The position numbers were made by a program, and so were the translations under genes. 64,000 nucleotides of DNA. Source: Candidatus Poribacteria bacterium (lineage in GTDB: Bacteria > Poribacteria > WGA-4E > PCPOR2b). The notes beneath the pieces are model-generated. The model did not search any database and was not told the DNA's origin. It saw nothing but the letters and a program-made list of their open reading frames with translations. The stretch's first letter is position 1. Each line of letters starts with the position of its first letter. The stretch spans positions 192,001-256,000 of the forward strand of contig OZ244042.1 in the NCBI GenBank assembly GCA_965215015.1. The letters run 5' to 3'. Shown in pieces: positions 31,463 through 42,000 of this stretch.

Positions 31463-33772
31463 TTGGCACAGCCAAAGATGTTAGATACATTACCTACCTC
31501 AATAGAAACGGCTTTAAAGGCGGCGAATGTTCCTTTAGACAAGGTAAGGTTCGCCGCGCAGAGCGATCTCAATCCGGATGGTCTGTTTGGTGAAAGCTGG
31601 TTCGTCCTGACCCATACGGAAATCTTGGCATTCAACGCAGAAGGTGCTGTTCTCCATCGTGTGCCATATCGCGAAGTGATAGAGGTGCGTTCAGAGGCGG
31701 TCGTCGATGGGGGGATTCTTGTTCTAGAGATGGTGGGAGATGTCCTTGATCTCATCCGTTACTCAAACGGACTGATGTCAAAGTTCGGGTATATAGCGAA
31801 ATTTCTCAGTGAGGAAATTGAGCACCGTCAAGGGAAACGCGACGAAGCACCAATATGGGACTACGAAGAAGAACAGAAGTTCTGCAACACATGTAACTTG
31901 CCGCTGCCCGATGTATTTTTGCCGTGTCCAGCGTGCACTAAAAAGCATCGTATCATGTTGCGCGTTATCTCTTATCTCAAGCCGCATAAGAAGCAGGCGG
32001 CTGGGGTGGCGTTGCTCATGCTTATTTCAACGCTGATTGCGCTCGTGCCTCCCTATTTTACGCGCATCCTTATTGACGATGTGTTGAAATTAAACGAGGA
32101 CCTCGCAGCGGCGCAAGGTGCCGCCGAAACGGCGTTAGGGCGCATCTTCCGGTCATTTGAGACAGCGGCACTTGCGTTGATGATTGGCATCGGTTGTCTC
32201 GTGACAGCACATATCCTCACCCATGTCCTCGACATTTTTCGGGGGCGTATGGCCGCGTGGTTGACCTTCCGGATGACAGCGGACATCCGTGACCAGATTT
32301 ACGAACGACTGCATGGGCTCTCCCTTCGATTCTTCGATAAGCGCAAAACGGGGACTGTCATCTCCCATATCACAGAAGACAGTACACGCTTACAGTGGTT
32401 CCTGTTAGATGGACTTCAATTCCTCGTTATCGATTTGTTAATGCTTTTTGGAATTGGTGCCTTTCTGTTTTCAATGAACTGGCGATTGGCATGCTTTATC
32501 CTAATTCCAATTCCGTTGATTGTTATCGGGGCAAGATGGTTCTGGAAAAAGGTGCGCGGGCTCTGGCATCGGGCGTGGCGGCGCAGATCAAAGATGTACG
32601 ACATTGTGAATGACTCGGTCTCGGGTATCCGCGTTGTTCGGGCATTTGGTCAGCAGAAGAGTGAGGTCGGACGGTTTTCCTTTACAAACGAAGACGCACG
32701 GAATTACGACACGGTTGCCGAGAAGGTCTGGGCAACCTATTACCCGTTGCTAGGGTTTTCTGTTCAGTTAGGAACGCTGATCGTCTGGTATGCCGGTGGT
32801 CTGCAGGTCATCACGGGTGATATGACATTAGGGACGTTGATGGCATTTCATAGTTTCTTGGCGATGTTCTACGGTCCGTTACGGCATCTGAGTCCAATGA
32901 TTAATTGGGCGTCGCGAGCAATGACCGCGGCGGAGCGAATTTTTGAAGTCATTGATTCCGAGCCAGAGCAGTTAGCTAACAATAGGCTTGTCTCGAAATC
33001 GGAACTCAAGGGAGAGGTCAAATTTCACAATATGACCTTTGGCTACGATCCGCATAAACCTGTCCTCCGAGATATCAATCTCCACGTCAAGCAGGGCGAG
33101 ATGATTGGCTTAGTTGGGCATTCTGGGGCTGGGAAATCCACACTGATTAACCTCATCTGCCGGTTTTACACACCGGATTCAGGGAGTATCACCATTGATG
33201 ATGTAGATATAACCAACATTCGCCTTGAGGACCTGCGACAGCAGATTGGCGTTGTGCTCCAAGAGCCGTACCTTTTCAATGGAACGATTGCAGAGAACAT
33301 CGCCTACGCACAGCCGGGGGCGGGGATGGAGGCGATCATCGCCGCTGCAAAGGCTGCCAACGCCCATGAATTCATCGTGAAGTTTCCTGATGGATATGAC
33401 ACGGAGGTTGGTGAGCGGGGGGGTAGGTTGTCCGGCGGAGAACGACAGCGGATATCAATTGCACGGGCAATCTTACACAATCCGCGCATCCTGATTCTCG
33501 ATGAAGCGACGTCGTCGGTTGATGTTCAGACGGAGCGCAAAATCCAGCAGGCTATTGACCGACTTGTCCAGAACCGAACCACTTTTGCCATCGCCCATCG
33601 ATTATCGACGCTGCGGAATGCGGATCGCCTCTTCGTCATAGATAAGGGACGGGGGGTCGAATGTGGATCACATGAAGAGTTGATAAAGAAGAAGGGAATT
33701 TACTACAACCTCGTTGAAACACAACGTCAGGCTTCCGAGATTCGCTCAGAAGCACAGGTTGTCGAGAGATAA
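31463..33772 (+). CDS. ABC exporter (fused TMD-ATPase) with N-terminal extension and CxxC-CxxC motif
   Basis: Walker A 'GHSGAGKS', signature 'LSGGERQR', Walker B 'ILILDEATS', H-loop 'AHRLST'. Confidence 0.93.
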   Translation: MAQPKMLDTLPTSIETALKAANVPLDKVRFAAQSDLNPDGLFGESWFVLTHTEILAFNAEGAVLHRVPYREVIEVRSEAVVDGGILVLEMVGDVLDLIRYSNGLMSKFGYIAKFLSEEIEHRQGKRDEAPIWDYEEEQKFCNTCNLPLPDVFLPCPACTKKHRIMLRVISYLKPHKKQAAGVALLMLISTLIALVPPYFTRILIDDVLKLNEDLAAAQGAAETALGRIFRSFETAALALMIGIGCLVTAHILTHVLDIFRGRMAAWLTFRMTADIRDQIYERLHGLSLRFFDKRKTGTVISHITEDSTRLQWFLLDGLQFLVIDLLMLFGIGAFLFSMNWRLACFILIPIPLIVIGARWFWKKVRGLWHRAWRRRSKMYDIVNDSVSGIRVVRAFGQQKSEVGRFSFTNEDARNYDTVAEKVWATYYPLLGFSVQLGTLIVWYAGGLQVITGDMTLGTLMAFHSFLAMFYGPLRHLSPMINWASRAMTAAERIFEVIDSEPEQLANNRLVSKSELKGEVKFHNMTFGYDPHKPVLRDINLHVKQGEMIGLVGHSGAGKSTLINLICRFYTPDSGSITIDDVDITNIRLEDLRQQIGVVLQEPYLFNGTIAENIAYAQPGAGMEAIIAAAKAANAHEFIVKFPDGYDTEVGERGGRLSGGERQRISIARAILHNPRILILDEATSSVDVQTERKIQQAIDRLVQNRTTFAIAHRLSTLRNADRLFVIDKGRGVECGSHEELIKKKGIYYNLVETQRQASEIRSEAQVVER

Positions 33773-33774
33773 AT

Positions 33775-34350
33775 ATGAACATAGAGAACGAAAAAGTGTC
33801 TAAAAGTATCACCGCTTTGGAGTCCGGGCCTCCGCTCCCAGTCCCGCTTGAGGAAGATGATTTTACACCCCGATACTTGGATCCGGAGAAGATACGACTG
33901 TTTCGGTCGCCGATGGGTGCCCCCCGTTTGGAGATCCTGGAGGAGCTCTGCTACACTCGCGTGGCGGTCCGCCGCATACTCCCCCTGAGCAATCCCGATC
34001 ACTATATTTCGCTTGGGGTTGGGGAGGAAGTAGAAATTGGTATCATCGCAGACCCAACACAACTTGATTCCGAAAGCCTCAAAATCCTGCGTGAGGAGCT
34101 CGATAAGCGATACTTTACACCTATCATTCGGAAGATTCACCGCGTCAAGGAGCGATTCGGTATCCATGAATGGGAGGTAGAAACATCGCGCGGCCGTATC
34201 ACTTTCTCTGTGCAAGGGCTTCATCAAAACGTTAGACAGTTTCCACCTGCCCGACTGCTCGTAACAGATGTCCGTGGGAACCGGTACGATATTCCTGATT
34301 ATCACAAACTCGATTCGCACAGTTTTCATCAGATTCAGCGACATCTGTAG
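33775..34350 (+). CDS. DUF1854 family protein
   Basis: 'R.LPLSNPD.YIS', 'EEL.KRYFTP.I', 'WEVETSRG', 'D..GNRY.IPD...LD'; follows the ABC exporter as is usual for the family. Confidence 0.85.
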   Translation: MNIENEKVSKSITALESGPPLPVPLEEDDFTPRYLDPEKIRLFRSPMGAPRLEILEELCYTRVAVRRILPLSNPDHYISLGVGEEVEIGIIADPTQLDSESLKILREELDKRYFTPIIRKIHRVKERFGIHEWEVETSRGRITFSVQGLHQNVRQFPPARLLVTDVRGNRYDIPDYHKLDSHSFHQIQRHL

Positions 34351-34434
34351 GTTGAGGAAGGGGACTGGTAGCTTGACCGATCACAGTAACCTGAACGCCT
34401 ACATGGAACGCATTAACCGAAAGTTAGAATTGAT

Positions 34435-35005
34435 TATGAGAGACGAGTTATGGCTTGCTCTGTAGAATTGTCCAATTCATCAATAGCTTGGTTATAGATA
34501 ATTCCCGCTGCAGCCCGACGTCTCTTACGCTCTGTTTCTAGGACATCCCGCAATGCTTTTGCGTACTCTTCCATACCCAAGATATAATTATCTGACAGAT
34601 TTAATATAGGGCAATGAAGCCTCGTATCTGTCAGTCATTTAATTAGTACACCATCTTTATAACCTATTCAGGGAGGACATCATTTGACAAAGGGTTTCCT
34701 TCGAGGTCAAAATAACGAGGCTTCGGAACGGATTCAACTGTCAGTGGGATAAGTTGATATGGACGTCTGAGATAGTGGTACTGGAGCGGGGGTTCGTAAA
34801 TCTGTTGGAGGAAGTTATATTCACTTAAACTGTATGAAATTGCTGGGTCCATATGTTTGGGTTCCGCCGAGAAAGTAGTATAGTGGATTGGTTCCGTACG
34901 CTCTGATGCCGGATAGGGATGATTGGGAATACATCCCGTTACCCAAACAAGGAAGATAATGAGCCAAAGTCTGTCCGAGATGCGTTTTAATTCGTATCGT
35001 GTCAA
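34435..35005 (-). pseudogene. Decayed peptide ABC transporter substrate-binding lipoprotein (family 5)
   Basis: 34664-35005 encodes lipobox 'VTGC' + 'KHMDPAISY...QIYEPPLQYHYLRRPY'; downstream fragment 'IK*LTDTRLHCPIL..YILGMEEYAKALR..' looks like a continuation after a deletion and a nonsense codon. Confidence 0.7.
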
Positions 35006-36266
35006 GAGGTTTTTCTATATTGCGTAAGTTTAAGTGCGTTCGGGGCTTATGAAGGGGTTTGATTTGTTGATAGGACAGAATGTTTGCGCTTCGTTGGTTT
35101 TGTGAATTTCATTAGTTGGTGATGGATGAAATGCTAGGGTTGTTTAGTTGATCCTACCGTGTACTAAGGGTATTTAATTTTCCATTTTGGGGCATGTCCT
35201 GCTATTCATACGGTACACCAATCGGGGTGCCTTCATTGCACGGGCTAACCCCACCCGATAGATGCTTGCATCCGATTTATCGGGGCGGAATCTCCTCGGT
35301 CATGGGATCCTCTCAGACTTGCCACACAGTTTGTAGTAGCGCAATTGATTGCGCGTTCTTATGCTAGTTGGCGCGGATATTCTTTATTCGTGTTATCCAT
35401 GAGTCAGATTATTTTTGAATCTTCCAATAGGTTAGGATTCTTGGAACGGAGGCGAAAATCGGAGATGATTCCCGCAATTGAAGTGCGTCAGTCCTACATA
35501 ATATTTATATGCGATTGCTCTCGAATTTACCATAACTCCCTTGCATCTCACCAGATACTGGGATATAATAAAAAAACGACGACACCCATACTACTGGCTT
35601 GTCATCATACTCTACCTTGCCCTTCAACATTTACATCCACTGTCGGTTGAAAACTCTCCCAATAGACAGGGATTTGCCAAGCCCACTCCTTTTTCTGTTG
35701 GCATAGCGTTAGCGTTACCAGAGCCATACGCATGAGCACTGCTCACTCAAATACTATCTCTGCTTCAGGTCGGAAGCTATTGTTCATGGAGTATCGGGTC
35801 AGGGTAATAAGTTATCCAATCTTTTTATTGAAACTAAGACTCATTATCAATTTCCCTATATGATACTATAAACCAATATTATTCCTTTGTCAAGTTTTTT
35901 AACTGAAATTGTTATCTAAACAGTTATTTACCCCTAGAGGTGGGTTGATTCGCTACTTCTATACACGTATCTCCCTATTCCTATGCTGGGGCGAGTATTC
36001 AAAGCATTATGGCGAAAGTTGGAACGGGCTAGGGAACCTGTGTTATCAACTATCGAAGAAAACAAGAAACTTGACCAACTAAAATATTTAACAACGCTGG
36101 GTTAGACTAGAGAAAGCCGCATTTGTCCGAAAGGTAGCTTATTGGTGGGCTCCGTAACATAAAATATAATCCCTAGTGTAGTGCTAGATTCAACCCACTG
36201 GACATCCTTTCAAACTCATAAATTCCTGATACATCCTCGGCGTATTTTTGCGGTTGACAGTTTATA

Positions 36267-36282
36267 TTGGCACAAATTGTGC
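36267..36282 (+). promoter_or_regulatory. Putative sigma-54 (-24/-12) promoter
   Basis: TTGGCACAAATTGTGC with exact GG-N10-GC spacing, ~50 bp upstream of ATG 36330. Confidence 0.6.
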
Positions 36283-36329
36283 TTACCTTAAAAACCGTAT
36301 TTTTAGATTTGATCTTCCCGGGGGATACC

Positions 36330-38651
36330 ATGAAACGCTTAGTTTCACTGCTTCCAATCTTTTTCGCTCTACTTTTTTGTGTAAACAGTTACGCTGAATT
36401 CTCCAGCCAATTTTTGTTCGGACACACCGGCCGTGCCCTTGCGGTTGCCTTTAGCCTCAATGGAAGGTGGCTCGCATCCGGTGGGGCGAATGAAATTCTT
36501 GTCTGGGAGACCGATTTCAATGAACTGATGTACACCCTCACTGGACACACAGGAAAAATCCAAGCCCTCGCTTTTCGCCCCAACGGTGATTTAGCATCAG
36601 CCTCCATTGATGGGACAGTCCGATTGTGGAATGTACCGACACAACAAGAAATTCGTACGTTCGAGGGACACATTGGACAAGTTACGTCTGTGGATTTTAA
36701 TCCCGACGGAAGCCACATTATTTCTGGATCGCGAGATCGGACGCTTAAGTTGTGGGAAGTCGACACCGGTGAACTTCTAGCGACCCTTGAGGGGCATACA
36801 GACGTTGTTTGGTCAGTTGTGTTCAGCCCAGATGGCAGCCTAATCGCCTCTGGATCAGAAGACGGTACAGTTCGCCTTTGGGATGCCTCAGACGGCTCGC
36901 AACTTCATAGCTTGGGTGGGCATACGCAGGGGGTACTGTCAGTTACGTTCCAGCCCAATGGCACCCTCATTGCGTCAGGGGCTAGGGATGGAACTGTCCA
37001 ACTCTGGAACATCGATTCAGCAGATCCCAGCGAAGTGATTGGAGAGGCAGAGCTGTTCGCGACCTATGACAGCCAAGTTATGTCAGTTCGTTTTAATCCT
37101 GACGGACGAATCCTCGCTGCCGGTCTGCTAAATTCTCCAACTGACAACACCCTTAAACTGTGGGATGTCTTTACCCGCTCTGAACTCCAATCTTTCGATA
37201 CACAAATCATACACGATTTGTCTTTCAGTCCAACTCGCCCCCAACTCGCAGTCGCAGGGGCAGCCGAGGGAACAATCACTATTTGGAATTCAAGCCATCT
37301 AAGACCGGTGCTCCTTGAACCACAAGGAGGTCAGCTCGTCAAACCTTCGGAAATCAACTTGAAATGGGAAGCCGTTGAAAATGCAGTCTACTATGATGTC
37401 CAAATCTCTAGGGATTCAAACTTTATCAGAGCAAACACGGAGTCTCTGACTGTTACTGTTAACGAGTTGGGCTTAGAGGCTAAGAACAATATCTCCCACT
37501 ATTGGTGGCGTGTTCGTACCGGCAGCTTCGGTAGAGTCAGCGATTGGTCCGATGCCCAGGATTTTCGAGTCCTAGGGTGCGTGGTCAAGATAGTACCACC
37601 GGCTCGACGGATCAACTTAGGAGAGGAGTTTACTGTCGATGTTCTCGTTGAGTCTGTCACTGACTTGGGAGGGTTTCAGTTCGATCTACGATGGACCAAT
37701 CCTGAGGTGCTAACATTTGTAACTGTCACCGAGTTCCGAACTATTTTTGGAGAATCTGGAATTGGGCATCAACCGCTAGAGCCGCCAGACCAGATAAATG
37801 GGATATACAAAGATATCGTTGCTGCTAAAACTGGGGATAGCGGAGTAACTCGTAGCGGTATCATGTTAGGGGCCTCATTTCGGGCGAAAGCCGTTGGATT
37901 GAGCAAGATTGAATTACAAAATCTCATTCTTCTTGATTCAAATCAAGAGCAGATCGATTGTGAAATTCACGAGTTCAAGGTAATGGTCGAAGAACTCGTT
38001 CGGCCTTGGGATGTCAACATTGACGGGGTTGTGAACGTTTTTGATCTCACCACTGTTGTCCAATACTTAGGGAAGCCAATTCCGACAGATTTGGATATTT
38101 ATCCAGATGTCAATAGGGACAATGTTATCGATCTTAATGATGTTAGACTGGTCAGTTCGCATTTTGGCGAATCTTATCAGACTGATGAAACCGCCGCTGC
38201 TCCGCAAGCCGCCGGTGAATCCCTCGGCTTAATCTCACCAACAGTACGCAGGCAGCTTGAGTTAATTTACCGCGAACTCCTGTTAATGCCTGAAAATTCC
38301 CCTGGGTTTACGCGGACTAGACAGGTTTTGCAATATCTCCTTTTTCCATCGCTACCGACGCATAATCTGTTGCTGCAAAACTATCCTAACCCATTCAACC
38401 CAGAGACGTGGATCCCCTTCTACCTCGCTTCAGCGGGTCAGGTCACTATCGAAATTTACGATGCCGTAGGGACGCTCGTCCGTCAGATTGACTTGGGATA
38501 CTTGATGCCCGGACGTTATCTACATCGAGGAAATGCAGCGTATTGGGATGGGACAAATATATATGGTGAGACTGTCGCCGGTGGAATCTATTTCTACACA
38601 CTCTCCACACCGTCCTTCCATGCAACCCGGAAAATGATTATCAGCAAGTAG
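36330..38651 (+). CDS. Secreted WD40 propeller + FN3-like + cohesin + dockerin + FlgD/T9SS-like C-terminal domain protein
   Basis: GH...WD repeats; 'WWRVR...SDWS'; 'FTVDV...LGGFQFDL'; paired 'DVNIDG.VN..D'/'DVNRDN.ID..D'; 'LLQNYPNPFNPETWIP...TRKMIISK'. Confidence 0.88.
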   Translation: MKRLVSLLPIFFALLFCVNSYAEFSSQFLFGHTGRALAVAFSLNGRWLASGGANEILVWETDFNELMYTLTGHTGKIQALAFRPNGDLASASIDGTVRLWNVPTQQEIRTFEGHIGQVTSVDFNPDGSHIISGSRDRTLKLWEVDTGELLATLEGHTDVVWSVVFSPDGSLIASGSEDGTVRLWDASDGSQLHSLGGHTQGVLSVTFQPNGTLIASGARDGTVQLWNIDSADPSEVIGEAELFATYDSQVMSVRFNPDGRILAAGLLNSPTDNTLKLWDVFTRSELQSFDTQIIHDLSFSPTRPQLAVAGAAEGTITIWNSSHLRPVLLEPQGGQLVKPSEINLKWEAVENAVYYDVQISRDSNFIRANTESLTVTVNELGLEAKNNISHYWWRVRTGSFGRVSDWSDAQDFRVLGCVVKIVPPARRINLGEEFTVDVLVESVTDLGGFQFDLRWTNPEVLTFVTVTEFRTIFGESGIGHQPLEPPDQINGIYKDIVAAKTGDSGVTRSGIMLGASFRAKAVGLSKIELQNLILLDSNQEQIDCEIHEFKVMVEELVRPWDVNIDGVVNVFDLTTVVQYLGKPIPTDLDIYPDVNRDNVIDLNDVRLVSSHFGESYQTDETAAAPQAAGESLGLISPTVRRQLELIYRELLLMPENSPGFTRTRQVLQYLLFPSLPTHNLLLQNYPNPFNPETWIPFYLASAGQVTIEIYDAVGTLVRQIDLGYLMPGRYLHRGNAAYWDGTNIYGETVAGGIYFYTLSTPSFHATRKMIISK

Positions 38652-38669
38652 GAGAGACATAGCATCGCA

Positions 38670-39053
38670 ATGCAAAATAGGTCTCGCTCTCTATTATTTG
38701 CAAAGCAATATCTGGGTAAGGAGGTGTCGATTGTCATTGCCAGACCTCTTGATAGTAAGCACCCTAAACACGGTTTTGTCTATGAGGTCAATTACGGCTA
38801 TGTTCCCGGAACGCAATCCGCTGATGGCGAAGAGTTGGAGGCATACTATTTAAAAGTGAGCCGACCTCTATACGCAGCGAAAGGCAGATGTATTGCTATT
38901 ATCCACAGGTTGAACGCCGACGATGATAAGCGAGTTGTTGTACCTAAAACTCAGACGGATCTAACGAACAGCGAAATTGCCCAAGCAGTCAACTGTCAAG
39001 AACAGTGGTTTGATTATGAAATTCTTTGGGCTCGCGCTACAAGCTGCTGTTGA
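38670..39053 (+). CDS. Small inorganic pyrophosphatase-like protein, possibly degenerating
   Basis: 'RPL.SKHPKH.FVY.VNYGYVPGT.SADGEEL(E)AY', 'IAIIHR...DDDK'. Confidence 0.7.
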   Translation: MQNRSRSLLFAKQYLGKEVSIVIARPLDSKHPKHGFVYEVNYGYVPGTQSADGEELEAYYLKVSRPLYAAKGRCIAIIHRLNADDDKRVVVPKTQTDLTNSEIAQAVNCQEQWFDYEILWARATSCC

Positions 39054-42000
39054 CCAGGACAACAAATGCTGACAACGCAATCAGCGTTGTTAGTTTGGAC
39101 ATCTACACAATGAGCGCATTTCTCTATTTTTTTCGATCTCCTCATCTACACATCGTCTTATTTCCCAAATATAGTTTTCGCCTCCCGTTTCATCTTTTAT
39201 TTTTTTCGCTTTTCCTGGTTCTTTCCTTTCTGGTGTCTAACACCACAGTTGCCCAGCAAAACTTCCAATGGCGAAATTTCACACGAATCGGTGATGAGCT
39301 AATCAGCAACAACATCAGAACTATTACTGAAGATCGATTGGGACAAATCTGGTTGGGGACAGACAAGGGATTGAACCGTTTGGACGGCTTCTGGCATGAA
39401 GCCGGCAGGTCGAGCGGGGGCCCCCAAGGGGTTGATGTTTTCAAGGTTTTTGAAGACCTCGCAGGCTTCATCTGGGTTGCAACGGAGGCAGGGGTTTATC
39501 AAGGAGTATGGAACCTGTCGCGTGGGCAGGTTGACTGGCTGCAATACTATAACCAACAAACGGGATTGATTGGTATCGGTGGGCGTGTTGTGACGATGAT
39601 CCAACGTCGAAATGGGGAAATCTGGATTGGGACGCCGCTTGGGGTCAACCGGTTTGATGGCGTAGTTTGGAGCACTGTGGCTGGCGCGGAGGTTGGACAA
39701 CTTAATCAAGGCGTACAGGTTATCTATGAGGATAAGGCTGGGGCTCTCTGGTTTGGACTTTCACAGAGCAATCGCCTCCACAGTGGGAATCTTATCAGTC
39801 GCTTTAATAACGTAGGGTGGGAAATTTTTAGCGTGAACGATGGTTTACCGAATGGCGATGTGCAGACAATTTTGGAGGACAGTCTTGGCAATCTTTGGGT
39901 TGGTACAACCGCTGGTGTAGCGGTTTACGACGGTTCAACTTGGCATGTTGTAACAGCGCAGGATGGACTTCTAATCGGAAGCAATGTGCAATCGATAATG
40001 AGCGATCAGGAGGGTACACTCTGGATTGGGACCACCGCCGGTATCAGCCAATTTCGTCTGCCGGCACAATTTTCTACCGCGGCACTCCGCGATTTAGGGC
40101 GTTGGCGTCATCTGACACGAGCAAATGGTTTAGCAAGTAACAATATTCAAGCCTTGTTTGAAACGCGAACCGGCGAGATCTGGATTGGGACACGCGATAA
40201 TGGAGTCAATTTTTCAGATCAATCATGGAAGTCAGTCACTACAAATAACGGATTGAGTCACGACAGTGTAACAGCAATGCTGAAGGACCGGCAGGGTAGG
40301 CTTTGGGTCGGAACACGGAATGGATTGAGTCGCTATACACAAAATGGAGTTGAGTTAATCGACAGGGCTCTGGGAAATGAGATTCGCACATTGGCAGAAG
40401 ATTTTCAGGGGCGAATCTGGGTTGGTACGAACGCCGGCATTGGTGTTTTCAATGGGGGGGCATGGGAAGTTTTTCGGATCCCAGATATTAACGTCAATAG
40501 TGTTCAATCAATTGTTGTTGATTCAACTGGCAATATTTGGGCTGGAACGGGGTTTTTGCCGACAGATGACCTCCCCGGTTTAGACCGTTATGACGGGCAA
40601 CAGTGGGAAAGGAATCAACTTCTGGAGATTGGCCGAACAATCGTTGTTATGTTTGCAGACTCGCAAGAGCGGATCTACTTCGGCACCGTTGGCAACGAAG
40701 AGGGTGGTAGTGATCTGTGGGTTTATGACAGGTTAAATGTGAACCGACGAATCTACAGTTTGCCTGAACCCTTCTCGATTCACACAATTTTAGAAATGCC
40801 TAGCGGAGAAATCTGGGTTGGAACAGATACCGGTATTCAGATTTTTGACAGACAAACGTTGAATCTTACGGCTTCACTAACAACCACCGATGGATTGGTG
40901 GATAACCGCGTGCAGGTACTTTACCGAGATCAAGACAATCGGATCTGGATCGGCACCGCAGATGGTGTTAGTTTGTTCCGAAATGACCGGTTTGAACGGA
41001 TACTCACTGCAAGCGATGGGCTCAACAGCAACAACATTTCTGCAATTGCTGAAGTAGATGGGGTGTTCTGGTTTGGCAGTGGGGATAATGGTGGGGTAAG
41101 CATATTCAGCCCGGAGAAGGCTCCGCCTCGTACACGGATTACTGATGGACCGAAAAATGGGGAAATAGTCGGGGTTACAAGCCTTGTCTTTAAGTTTGAA
41201 GGCGGTGATGCCAGCACGCCAACTGGGGAACTGCGTTATTTCTACACGCTTGATGACGGACCGCTCATCCCCACCGACGACCAGGGTCGTGATAAGCGCG
41301 CGGTATTGTCAGGCCTCACAGAGGGGCCACATCGCTTTACGGTATATGCCATTGATAGAGAAGATAACAGGGATATGACAGGGGCAAGCGCGGAATTTGT
41401 GGTTGACTCCCTTGCTCCAAACGTGAGTATCACCGCGCCAAAAGAAAACGCTGTGATTGGCGGCGTTTATGAAATCAGAGGCACTGCGACTGATGCAACG
41501 GATTTTCTGGATTATCAGATTCGCATCTTTCCCGGTGATTCAGTTTCGGATGCGGATATATCCCTGCTCTCTTTCGTTTCAACAGTGCCCATCAGAGGAG
41601 ACATACTTTATCGTTGGGATACACGAACGGTCCCCGCCGGTTTATACACGATTCAGTTGGTGGCGAGGGATACTCCAACTGGTAGTTACGATAGGGAACA
41701 TCCTGCTGTTACATCGGTCACGGTTGAAGTTGATAGGCGCCGTCCGCAAGTCGAAATCCTTTCTCCCACTGAGAACGAACAGGTGCCACAGAGTATTGAG
41801 ATCCGCGGCACCGCAGATGATCGAAATTTCAAGGAATATATTATTGAATATGGGGCGGGGGAATCTCCTGATACTTGGTTACCCATCTCCAAACCTCCGA
41901 CCTTTTCAAGTCCTGTTACCCGCGATATATTGGCGCTATGGGAAGCACCAAACTTATCGGGGCGATACACATTGCAGTTGATTGTGGAAGATACAGCGGG

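Noticed and set aside
2381-35356. Recurring 24-29 bp palindromes as CRISPR repeats
   Set aside because: Copies are dispersed rather than regularly spaced with unique spacers; no cas genes
36121-36150. TTTGTCCGAAAGGTAGCTTATTGG as a third copy of the 29-bp site
   Set aside because: Only partial arm similarity with a different spacer; the same applies to half-matches near 20261 and 48200
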